Assembly: GCA_043812195.1 (NCBI GenBank)
Contig: JBDRML010000023.1
Location: 1 to 47,983 of the forward strand
Direction: 5' to 3'
Length of the DNA: 47,983 bases
Origin: Candidatus Woesearchaeota archaeon
GTDB taxonomy: Archaea > Nanobdellota > Nanobdellia > SCGC-AAA011-G17 > PNOQ01
Both the position numbers and the translations under genes were made by a program. Below are positions 9,895-18,521 of the stretch, one piece after another. The notes under the pieces are model-generated. The model worked only from the letters and a program-made list of their open reading frames with translations, did no database searches and was not told the DNA's origin. Position 1 is the first letter of the stretch, and each line of letters begins with the position of its first letter.

Positions 9895-10476
9895 ATGAAA
9901 AAAGTTTTGATAGTTGTAGCTCATCCAGATGATGAAACAATTTGGATGGGTGGAACTTTACTTAGACACAAAAAAGATTGGGATACCACAATTATTAGTT
10001 TATGCAGAGAAAGCGACTCAGATAGAAATCAAAAATTCCAAAAAGCTTGCAAAATTCTAAATTCTAAAGGTTTTATTTCAGATATTGACGACGAGAAATT
10101 AACACCATTAAAAGAAGAAGAAATTGCAAATATAATTTTAAAATATTCTAAAGAAGATTACGATTACATATTCACACACGGAGAAAATGGAGAATACGGC
10201 CACATAAGACATAAAGAAATCTACAAAGCTGTAAAAAATCTCATACAAAAAAGAAAATTAAAAGCAAAGAAAGTTTTTTTCTTTTCATATCTCGGCAAAG
10301 AAAACGATTTTCAAGGCTACGCAATATACGACTCCAGGGCAAATATCTTTATAAAATTAAACGAACATGAAATATTATCCAAAAAGAGTCTTATTCAAAA
10401 AATTTATGGATATCAGAAAGGGGGGTTTGAAGAAAAAAGTTCAACTAACATTGAAGCGTTTACAAAATTAAAATGA
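9895..10476 (+). CDS. PIG-L/LmbE-family N-acetylglucosaminyl deacetylase
   Basis: VAHPDDE, FTHGENGEYGHIRH. Confidence 0.88.
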   Translation: MKKVLIVVAHPDDETIWMGGTLLRHKKDWDTTIISLCRESDSDRNQKFQKACKILNSKGFISDIDDEKLTPLKEEEIANIILKYSKEDYDYIFTHGENGEYGHIRHKEIYKAVKNLIQKRKLKAKKVFFFSYLGKENDFQGYAIYDSRANIFIKLNEHEILSKKSLIQKIYGYQKGGFEEKSSTNIEAFTKLK

Positions 10477-11612
10477 AAATATTAGTTCTATATCCACATC
10501 CAATGGAGCCCGACGGTGTAAGCATCCAAGGTCACGATCTTTGCAGAGGTCTTGCAAAAGCAGGAGCAGAAGTTGTCCCATGCCATTTTAGGGAAAGTCT
10601 TCAAAAAGAATATTATTTAAGACATTTTAAGCCAGATGTAGTGATTGGTGTTGGATTTTGGGGCAATGTTCCAGAAGTTGTAAGAGAACCATTAAAATGG
10701 GGTGCTCAAGTAGTTCCATGGTTTAATGCAGATGGTTGGGTAGCTAATTACCAAACACAATTCGATCAATTAAAATTAATGTTTACAACAAGTGAATGGG
10801 TTAGACAAATCTACAAAAGAGATGGTGTAGATATTTCTAAGATAATACCAATGCATATTGGAATTGATACTGATTTATTCAAACCAAACCCAAATCAAGA
10901 AGAAAATTTAGCACTAAGAAGAATGCTCGGAGTTAAAGACGAAGAAAAGATGATATTGACTGTGGGAGGAGATGTAACATCTAAAGGCGCACAAGAAATG
11001 ATGAAAGCTCTAGCAGAAGTAAATAAGGAATTCAAAAACTGGAGATATGTCTGTAAAGCCTGGCCTAGTGAATGCGCACACGAATGGCGCGAAAAAGAAG
11101 AAAGACTCGCAGACGAATTAGGAATAAGAGACAAAATAATATTCGTTGATGATGGTTGGAGTCCCGAATTCATGGCTAATGTATTAAACACTTGCGATAT
11201 TTATGCTGCCCCTTCTAGAATAGAAGGTTTTGGAATGATTCAAGTTGAAGCTATGGCATGTGGAAAACCTGTTATTTCTATAGACAAAGGTGGACCAGCA
11301 GAAACAATAATTCATGAAAAGACAGGATTCTTGGCAAGAGTAGCTGAAGAAATTGAATTGACTGAAGAATGGGTTTATTCAAGCATGGGATACATAACAA
11401 AACAAATAGTAAAGTTTGACAAACCAAAAGTATTTGGCTACAGAGCAAATGTTGATGATCTAAAAGAATACACGTTAATGCTTTTAAAAGATGAAGATCT
11501 CTGTAAGAGAATGGGGGAAGAAGGAAGAAAGCACGTAGTTGAAAATCTTGATTATAGAGTCACAGCAAAAAAAATGCTAGACACAATAAAAGAAAAATTA
11601 GGATTAGAATGA
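10473..11612 (+). CDS. GT4 glycosyltransferase
   Basis: PSRIEGFGMIQVEAMACGKPVI, GGPAETI, KTGFL. Confidence 0.92.
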   Translation: MKILVLYPHPMEPDGVSIQGHDLCRGLAKAGAEVVPCHFRESLQKEYYLRHFKPDVVIGVGFWGNVPEVVREPLKWGAQVVPWFNADGWVANYQTQFDQLKLMFTTSEWVRQIYKRDGVDISKIIPMHIGIDTDLFKPNPNQEENLALRRMLGVKDEEKMILTVGGDVTSKGAQEMMKALAEVNKEFKNWRYVCKAWPSECAHEWREKEERLADELGIRDKIIFVDDGWSPEFMANVLNTCDIYAAPSRIEGFGMIQVEAMACGKPVISIDKGGPAETIIHEKTGFLARVAEEIELTEEWVYSSMGYITKQIVKFDKPKVFGYRANVDDLKEYTLMLLKDEDLCKRMGEEGRKHVVENLDYRVTAKKMLDTIKEKLGLE

Positions 11613-12619
11613 CTTGGAAAAAATTAAAAAAAGATATTTATTATTATGAAAAACCATCTTTAGGACAATTAAAACAATCAGTCAGATATATGGCCCTTAC
11701 AGTAGACAAATCAACACTTAAAAATAAAATAAAATATGGATTAGCTAGAGAAATTACTAAATCTAAAGGAAATCCAGATGTAGCTGGATTTATTGACGAA
11801 AGTAAATTAATAATAGTAAAATCAAAAGACTTACTAAATTGGAAAAAAGTTTGCGATTTAAAAATTAAAGGAATTAATAAAATTATAAAATCTTTAGGAA
11901 AAAAGAACAGATTCTTTATTGGATTAGAAGATCCAGATATAATCGTTAATAATAAAACTAAACACGTTTATTTCACAATAGCATTTAAACTTAAAGATAA
12001 AATAGCTTACAATGTTTATCTTGGACATGCGCAAGGTAAATCTTTAGATAATTTAAAAGCTACAAAACCAGTTCTATCTCCAACTAAAAATTTTAGAGGA
12101 TTCAAGGAACTTGCTTTTTCACCATACAAAATAAAAAACAAAAGAATTTGTTTAAATGAATCACAAATAATAAGAAAGAATGAAGAAATTCAATTAATTG
12201 TCTCTACAATTTCAGCTAAATTTGGAAAACCATGGAAACCTTTCAAAATTGTTTTAGAACCTGCAAAAGCAAAATACAAATGGATTCAAGGTCATGCCTC
12301 TCCTTGTAAAATCTTTCCTACAAAATTCATAAATCATAAAGGTCTTCTAGTAGGAATAATAAACGGAAGAGAAAAAAATAAAGGAAAAAAATACGGAAAA
12401 TTCAGACCAGGCTTAATATTATTCAATCCAAAAACAGGAGAAATTCCATGGGTATCTCCTAAACCTTTATTCGAAGATCCAAAAGCCAGGACAATCACAT
12501 TCGCAAGCGACCTAATTCAAATAAATAAAGATGAAATAATTCTTTACTGTCATGTCAATGATTCTTTCGTAAGAGCCTATAAAATAAATAAAAAAGCAAT
12601 AGAGAAATTGATAAGTTAA
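11609..12619 (+). CDS. Divergent GH130-like five-bladed beta-propeller glycosidase/phosphorylase
   Basis: GLEDPDI, FKE, ITFASDL...ILYCHVND parallel to the GH130 motifs of 13374-14486. Confidence 0.6.
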   Translation: MTWKKLKKDIYYYEKPSLGQLKQSVRYMALTVDKSTLKNKIKYGLAREITKSKGNPDVAGFIDESKLIIVKSKDLLNWKKVCDLKIKGINKIIKSLGKKNRFFIGLEDPDIIVNNKTKHVYFTIAFKLKDKIAYNVYLGHAQGKSLDNLKATKPVLSPTKNFRGFKELAFSPYKIKNKRICLNESQIIRKNEEIQLIVSTISAKFGKPWKPFKIVLEPAKAKYKWIQGHASPCKIFPTKFINHKGLLVGIINGREKNKGKKYGKFRPGLILFNPKTGEIPWVSPKPLFEDPKARTITFASDLIQINKDEIILYCHVNDSFVRAYKINKKAIEKLIS

Positions 12620-12638
12620 AAATAGGAAGTTTTAAATA

Positions 12639-12660
12639 TTACTTAATATATACAAAGTAA
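12639..12660. promoter_or_regulatory. Putative RHH operator palindrome TTACTT-N10-AAGTAA
   Basis: Inverted repeat between the TATA (TTTAAATA) and the antitoxin ATG. Confidence 0.4.
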
Positions 12661-12664
12661 TACT

Positions 12665-12922
12665 ATGGAAACTATAAGTTTAAAGATGGAAAAAGAGTTG
12701 CTTCATGATGTTGATAGTTCTATCAAAAGTCATAGATACAGCACCAGAACCGAATTTATTAGAGATGCAATCAGAACTAAGTTAAATGATCTGGAAAAGG
12801 AAGAAGCAATTAAGAAATTAGCTAAACTAAAAGGAAGCCTAAAAGCAAAGAAAAGCGATAAAGAGGCTGGGGATATTGCAATAAGAAATATAGCTAAAAA
12901 ACTAAATGTAAGTTTAAATTAG
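12665..12922 (+). CDS. Ribbon-helix-helix (CopG/MetJ-type) antitoxin
   Basis: METISLKM...YSTRTEFIRDAIR; adjacent to a PIN gene. Confidence 0.8.
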   Translation: METISLKMEKELLHDVDSSIKSHRYSTRTEFIRDAIRTKLNDLEKEEAIKKLAKLKGSLKAKKSDKEAGDIAIRNIAKKLNVSLN

Positions 12923-13330
12923 ATCTTCTGGTTTTTTTATAGTTACTTTTTCTGACAATTCATAAAAATGTTTATCTCTAGTTACAACAATAGCATTATT
13001 ATCTCCTGCTAAGATTACATGTAAAGCATCTTTTATAGGAACTTTTAGTTTCTTTGAGATTTGAATTGCTTCTTTCAATTGTTCTGGAGACGATTTTATT
13101 TTAATCAAATTTTCTTTAGGAACAATAGAGATTATTTTTTTAATATCTTCTTCAGAAAAACCTTCATGCAATTCTTCTTCAACTAAATCTGAATAAATTA
13201 TTAAATGATTTTCTTATATTATAAGTTTGATTAATGAGAAAGCCCAATCTCCTAAAGGCCTAAATTTATCAGACCGATTTTCAAAGTAATCTCTCCAAAT
13301 ACAAGTATCTAGATAATATTTTTCAACCAT
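12914..13330 (-). pseudogene. PIN-domain (VapC-like) toxin with in-frame TAA at codon 39
   Basis: MVEKYYLDTCIWRDY... from 13330 is in frame with ...DALHVILA...VVTRDKHF; stop at 13214-13216. Confidence 0.85.
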
Positions 13331-13373
13331 TTAATCAATAAACTTTCTATACTTATATAATTTGTTAATTCAA

Positions 13374-14486
13374 TTAACTCAAACATTTCATAATATCTTT
13401 AAGTTTTATTTTAGAAACCATAATTTTAGTATCTCCGACTCCCGAATATAACAATAAATTATTCCCATCTTCAACAATTCCTGTTGGAAATATAACATTT
13501 TTACCCTCAAAAGATTTATATTTAGTATTTGGAATCATTATTGGATGATTAGATCTTGCTATCAGTTTCTTTGGATTTTTCAAATCAAATAGAGCAGCCC
13601 AGACAGCATAAGTATCATGTTCATCCTTAACTTTAACTCCAAAAATTTTTTTAAAATCATCAACAAAATTATGTTTTGAAATTTTTGATACACCATGAAA
13701 TATCAATAGCCAACCCTTATCAGTTTTTATTGGAGGAGGACCTGCGCCGCTTCTGCTAAACTCTTTTTTCCTTTTAGATAAAGACATACCATCAAGTTCT
13801 CCCCAATGAATTAAATCTTTAGAAAATGCTATCCATACATGAGGAACTGAAAACTCAAAATTACCTTCTGGCCTGTCATAAGCAATATATTTTCCCATCA
13901 CTTTTTCAGGAAATAACACCACATCTTTATCTTGCTCTCCAAAAATTATACCTTTTCTTTTCCAGTTAATGCAATCATCAGACTCAGCTAAATAAGTTGA
14001 TATATTTTCACTTCTTGAAAGCCCAACATAAGTCATATAATACTTATTTCCTATTTTTGTAATTCTAGGATCCTCTACCCCAAGTTCTGCATCTTCATTA
14101 GTGCCAAAAAAACCAGGTCGTTGTTCTACTTTTAAAATATTAGCACCAGTCTTATCTAAATATATTCTTCTTAAATGAGAGATAAATGCGAGCCTTTTTG
14201 TTTCGTCTTTAAAATGAAAATCCAAATCTCCAGCACCAACAACACTACTTTTTTTAAATTTGTCAAGTTTTATCTTAAATTTATCTTTTCCAACAAACCT
14301 AGGAGAATAATAATATTTATCATCATGAAATTTTTTTAATTTTTCAATAACTCTTACATAAAGAATTATTTTTCCATTTTTTAATCTTGCAGCACCAGGA
14401 TTTAACACACCAATAATTTCAAATCTATTTGAAGAAGGTTTTAAATTTTCCGGCTTCAATAATATTCTATCTTTTCTTTTCACCAT
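13374..14486 (-). CDS. GH130-family glycoside phosphorylase/hydrolase
   Basis: VLNPGA, GVEDPRIT, DKDVVLFPEK, GAGPPPIKTDKGWLLIFHGV, NVIFPTG. Confidence 0.92.
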   Translation of the reverse strand: MVKRKDRILLKPENLKPSSNRFEIIGVLNPGAARLKNGKIILYVRVIEKLKKFHDDKYYYSPRFVGKDKFKIKLDKFKKSSVVGAGDLDFHFKDETKRLAFISHLRRIYLDKTGANILKVEQRPGFFGTNEDAELGVEDPRITKIGNKYYMTYVGLSRSENISTYLAESDDCINWKRKGIIFGEQDKDVVLFPEKVMGKYIAYDRPEGNFEFSVPHVWIAFSKDLIHWGELDGMSLSKRKKEFSRSGAGPPPIKTDKGWLLIFHGVSKISKHNFVDDFKKIFGVKVKDEHDTYAVWAALFDLKNPKKLIARSNHPIMIPNTKYKSFEGKNVIFPTGIVEDGNNLLLYSGVGDTKIMVSKIKLKDIMKCLS

Positions 14487-14487
14487 T

Positions 14488-15600
14488 TTACAAAATCACC
14501 CTTTTCTTTTTTAATGAATTATAAGCCCACATATAAGTTCCAGCGCTCCATGCTTGAAGCACACCATGTGTTTCTCTAGATATAGGATTAATCCATTCTG
14601 GAAACGAATTACTTCTCAAATTCGCATCAGCAAGTTTCTCTAGCTCTTTCTTAGCTTCCTTATATTTTTTCAATTTAATTAAAGCCAACACATAAAAACT
14701 TCCAATAAAAGGCCAGATTCCACCATTAAGATAATTATTAGGTGTAGCTTTTGCATCATAATAATAATCTTCCCAATATTTACCATCTGGTTTTATTGTA
14801 GGATGAATATCTTTCATCGGATAAGGTCTAGCTACTTTATTTTTTTCTATATACTTTAAAATCGAAATAGACTTTTTCCTATCAGCCAAATCAAAGATTA
14901 TTGCAATCAAGTTTCCAAAAGAATCAAACCAATCTCCAATCTCTTTGTATTTATTATGATTTTTCCATCTGTAAGCCCAGTAATATTTTCCACTCCACAA
15001 TTGATTTTCCTTACTTTCATTAACAATTTTCTTCAGTTTATTTTTCACTTTATTTTCTTTAATATCATCTAGAATTTTATAATAAAGAGCCTGTGTACCA
15101 ATAACAGCACCATATTTATTAGGAAAAGCATCCTGCCAGTCAGTTGTAGAAAGTTGCTCTAAAGTTACATCTTCTCCAATATCCCTCTGCTTTATCCACA
15201 AAATAGCCTTATCAATATTTTTTTTCTGTTTTTTGAATAAATTAGAATCTCTATATCTTTTCTTGTAAATATAATGCCCAATAACAAACCACAAACTAGA
15301 ATCTATAGACTTAAAATCAGCTTGTCTTTTTTTCTTATCTAATTTCAGAACAGCATTTGGTATCTGTCCCAACTTACTTTGATATTTCGCAAGTGTAATT
15401 AAACTTTTTTTAAATTGCTCTTTGTATAACTTATCTTTATCAGTGCCAGCACCTATTAAACTAATCATACTATCTCTTGACCAAACACCTTTGTAACCTT
15501 TTTTACCTCCAGATGCATACAAACCATACTTAGTAGAACATATTTTCATCACTTCTTTTGCTTTTTCATAAGCTTCATCTAAAATATTCTTTTTCACCAT
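14488..15600 (-). CDS. (alpha/alpha)6 glycoside hydrolase, GH100 invertase/amylo-alpha-1,6-glucosidase-like
   Basis: VWSRDS, SIDSSLWF, DWQD, YLNGGIWPF, FPEW, QAWSAG. Confidence 0.8.
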   Translation of the reverse strand: MVKKNILDEAYEKAKEVMKICSTKYGLYASGGKKGYKGVWSRDSMISLIGAGTDKDKLYKEQFKKSLITLAKYQSKLGQIPNAVLKLDKKKRQADFKSIDSSLWFVIGHYIYKKRYRDSNLFKKQKKNIDKAILWIKQRDIGEDVTLEQLSTTDWQDAFPNKYGAVIGTQALYYKILDDIKENKVKNKLKKIVNESKENQLWSGKYYWAYRWKNHNKYKEIGDWFDSFGNLIAIIFDLADRKKSISILKYIEKNKVARPYPMKDIHPTIKPDGKYWEDYYYDAKATPNNYLNGGIWPFIGSFYVLALIKLKKYKEAKKELEKLADANLRSNSFPEWINPISRETHGVLQAWSAGTYMWAYNSLKKKRVIL

Positions 15601-15648
15601 CTTTTACTTAAAATTAGGTTAAAGACTATTTAAATTTAACTTTTTCTC

Positions 15649-16335
15649 TCACAACAACGAACCAGCACCCTTATCCATAATCAATATAAAGTTCTTATGT
15701 TTTCTCAAATAGCTTGCAGGACAACCTTTTCCAATTGATCCCTTAACTAAACATCTCACAGCCTTAGCTTTCTTATTCCCAGAAGCCAACAATATTAATT
15801 TTTTTGCAGACAAAATAGTCTTAATTCCAACAGTTAAAGCCCTTTTAGAAATTTTTTTAGATTTCTTTGTTTCCTTAGACAAATTAACTAACCTTGTTCT
15901 AGAATTCAATTTAGATCCAGGTTCATTAAAAGCAATATGACCATTAGCACCCAATCCTAATATTTGTATATCAATCTTATTTTTCTTAATTTTCTTTTCA
16001 TAATTTAAACATTCTCTAGTAGGATTTTTTGTCTCGCCATTTAATAAATTTATATTAGATTTCTTAATATTCACATGATTAAACAAATTTTTAAACATAT
16101 AATGAGAATAACTTTTTTTATCACTTTTTTTAATAGGATAAAGTTCATCCAAATTAAAACTCTTTATTTTTGAAAAATCAGTTTTCTTCTTTATTAAAAT
16201 TTTATACAATCCCAAAGGAGTAAAACCGCTTGCAAATCCAATCACCACATTAGGTTTTTTAGCAATCTCTTTTATTAAAATATCACTAGCCTTTTTTGAT
16301 AATTCATTATAATCTTTAGTTTTAATAATCTTCAT
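15649..16335 (-). CDS. nagB: Glucosamine-6-phosphate deaminase
   Basis: GFASGFTP, FNLDE, QILGLGANGHIAFNEPG, PASYL. Confidence 0.9.
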   Translation of the reverse strand: MKIIKTKDYNELSKKASDILIKEIAKKPNVVIGFASGFTPLGLYKILIKKKTDFSKIKSFNLDELYPIKKSDKKSYSHYMFKNLFNHVNIKKSNINLLNGETKNPTRECLNYEKKIKKNKIDIQILGLGANGHIAFNEPGSKLNSRTRLVNLSKETKKSKKISKRALTVGIKTILSAKKLILLASGNKKAKAVRCLVKGSIGKGCPASYLRKHKNFILIMDKGAGSLL

Positions 16336-16371
16336 TACTTTAATTATTAATTAAACTCTTTTTAAAATTAT

Positions 16372-16890
16372 CTAAGAACTAATTTCAATACCAGTTCTAC
16401 CAGCTATTCTAGATTTAGCCATTTTCATGATAGTTTTGGCATCTTCAACAGATTCTTTTTCAACATCAATCTCAAATATCACAGACCCCACCTTAACTAT
16501 AGCAGCAACACCCATTGCCTTTCCAAAAGAATGAGCCATTCCAGTCTGCATTCTATCTGCTCCAGCACCTGTAAGCATTTTATTCTCTCTCAATACTTGA
16601 TGTGGAACTACATTAATATGAAAATGATAACCTTTAGGTCCAAATTTTCTTTGAAAGTGCTTATTTAACATCATTCTACAAGACTCTATAGCATTGTGCC
16701 TAATTTGAAATTTTTCTTTAGAAATTAACTTAACTCTAGAAGGAAACTCTTTTTTAATATCTCCCATATGATATCTAACTACTTTTGAAGCAGGAATAGA
16801 TTTAATGAATCCCTTTTTCTTATACTTAGATTTTCTAGTGTATCCTCTTGATGGAAGTCTATAACATTTTCCTTTTCTTAATGATGCCAT
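16372..16890 (-). CDS. rpl10e: 50S ribosomal protein uL16 (L10e)
   Basis: QIRHNAIES, PHQVLRENKMLTGAGADRMQTGM..SFGK. Confidence 0.96.
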   Translation of the reverse strand: MASLRKGKCYRLPSRGYTRKSKYKKKGFIKSIPASKVVRYHMGDIKKEFPSRVKLISKEKFQIRHNAIESCRMMLNKHFQRKFGPKGYHFHINVVPHQVLRENKMLTGAGADRMQTGMAHSFGKAMGVAAIVKVGSVIFEIDVEKESVEDAKTIMKMAKSRIAGRTGIEISS

Positions 16891-16891
16891 T

Positions 16892-17149
16892 TTATTCTAC
16901 TTTAACTTTAGTTCCTATAGCTTGTCCAGGAAGCCCCTTTTCAAATTTAACTCTTACAGCACCTTTATTTCCATGCTCTTTCATTACAGTGCCTTTCATT
17001 TCCTTACCTGAAGGAGTTACCCAAGTTACAGTCTTTTTAACTAATTCCTTAGATTTCTCTTTATTATCATAACCTTCAACTTTAACAATCATCTGGTTAG
17101 GATACTGTGTCTTATGACTCCCCCTATAATTTATTATAACTCCATCCAT
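16892..17149 (-). CDS. rpl35ae: 50S ribosomal protein eL33 (L35Ae)
   Basis: GVIINYRGS, HGNKGAVRVKFEKGLPGQAIG; start reassigned to ATG 17149. Confidence 0.93.
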   Translation of the reverse strand: MDGVIINYRGSHKTQYPNQMIVKVEGYDNKEKSKELVKKTVTWVTPSGKEMKGTVMKEHGNKGAVRVKFEKGLPGQAIGTKVKVE

Positions 17150-17195
17150 CTTAAAAATGAGGAAAAAAATCAGTTTATAAGCTTTTCTAATTATT

Positions 17196-17741
17196 TTAAG
17201 CAAGTGCAGCAAGCTTATATCCGCCTGTGGGTTTTACAGAATCTATTATAAACTTTTTTTCTGAGTCGTTATATCTGCCAGTAATAATTATTGGAACGTT
17301 TCCGCCTTTTTTTGAAGCTCTATAAAGTAAATACCCACCCTTTTCAAAAGAACTAATCTCATTACAATTAATTTTCGGAAACTCAAAACTAACAACGCCC
17401 GTTATATCTTTACAATGGCCAACATAACCCTTTGACCCATTAAATCCTTTTGGTGTGCTTGATAAGTAAGGTATTTTTACTTCAAGAGCACATTTCTTTT
17501 CATGATCCAAGGCATCTATAATATTTGTTAGTTTCATATCATCTGAAATATCTGCTTTAGAGTTAGGATTAATAATAAGCTCGAGACCATGGCTTTTACG
17601 AATGTTTTTACAAATTAATGGAGTTTTAAATCCCTGATATGCCCCATGTGCAATAAAACCTACTGGGACTAAAATTATAAGATAACTTAAAACATCCAAT
17701 GTTTTATTCCATATATCATTAAGATTCATTAAATCATTCAT
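17196..17741 (-). CDS. Hypothetical protein with N-terminal TM helix
   Basis: Third gene of a tight operon; C-terminus resembles that of 18001-18378. Confidence 0.6.
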   Translation of the reverse strand: MNDLMNLNDIWNKTLDVLSYLIILVPVGFIAHGAYQGFKTPLICKNIRKSHGLELIINPNSKADISDDMKLTNIIDALDHEKKCALEVKIPYLSSTPKGFNGSKGYVGHCKDITGVVSFEFPKINCNEISSFEKGGYLLYRASKKGGNVPIIITGRYNDSEKKFIIDSVKPTGGYKLAALA

Positions 17742-17994
17742 TTTTTCTAGCTTTATCTTTTAATTTAACATATTTTCCACTGTTTAAAGAATCTTCATAT
17801 AATTCACCATCTCTTCCGAATTTATCAAGATGTAATACATTATTGCCAGAACTTGTTTCATAAATAATTGCTCTTCTTATTTCAGGCTCAGCAAAAAAAT
17901 TATAAGCAGTTAATATTGCAGTAGCAATTATTGCTCCCACACAACCATATAAATATAGTTTTACTTCACTATCAATATTAAATAATTGTCTCAT
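17734..17994 (-). CDS. Hypothetical protein with N-terminal TM helix
   Basis: GGAG RBS; operon position. Confidence 0.6.
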   Translation of the reverse strand: MRQLFNIDSEVKLYLYGCVGAIIATAILTAYNFFAEPEIRRAIIYETSSGNNVLHLDKFGRDGELYEDSLNSGKYVKLKDKARKNE

Positions 17995-18000
17995 TTTTTT

Positions 18001-18378
18001 TTATTTTTCTCCTTCTTGAGAGATTTCTCTTCTCAGCACTCCAGAATGTTCACCATAATCAATTGTTGATATTTCTATTAAAGTATAATGTGGAAAAATT
18101 CCTTCAAGTTGTCCTGTTACAACTACTTCTTTACCTGTTTCAGAAGAAGCTTTTAACATACTTAATGCTTCAATATTATGGCTTATATGCCTTAAGAATA
18201 TATCTTCACATCTTATTGATAAATTTCCTTCCTCTAAAAAGAAATGGTAATTCCCTCTTGTTCCATCTTCTAAAGAACATATTTGAACACCATGTGCTAC
18301 TCCACGTATAGAATATCTTCCTCTACTGACTTCTTCTTTTATAATTTCTGAAACGCTTTTAACTTGAGTATTTGCCAT
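18001..18378 (-). CDS. Hypothetical protein
   Basis: First gene of operon behind a TATA promoter and AGGT RBS. Confidence 0.65.
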   Translation of the reverse strand: MANTQVKSVSEIIKEEVSRGRYSIRGVAHGVQICSLEDGTRGNYHFFLEEGNLSIRCEDIFLRHISHNIEALSMLKASSETGKEVVVTGQLEGIFPHYTLIEISTIDYGEHSGVLRREISQEGEK

Positions 18379-18412
18379 TTTTAACCTAAATCCAAAACCT
18401 AATTTCCATTTA
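18369..18412 (-). repeat. 44-bp leader repeat, copy 1 (TATA end to first codons)
   Basis: 41/44 identical to 31972-32015 on the + strand. Confidence 0.9.
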
Positions 18413-18521
18413 TAAGTCTTTCGTTTTGTTACTACTATTAATAAATATCAATAAAAAATCTTAAAACTTTTAAAAATTATAAATGATAATCTTTATATAA
18501 AATAAAAGTAATTAAAAAATA

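Noticed and set aside
13214-13216. Stop-codon recoding in the PIN gene
   Set aside because: The codon is TAA, which is the usual stop throughout the window; a nonsense mutation or sequence error is simpler.
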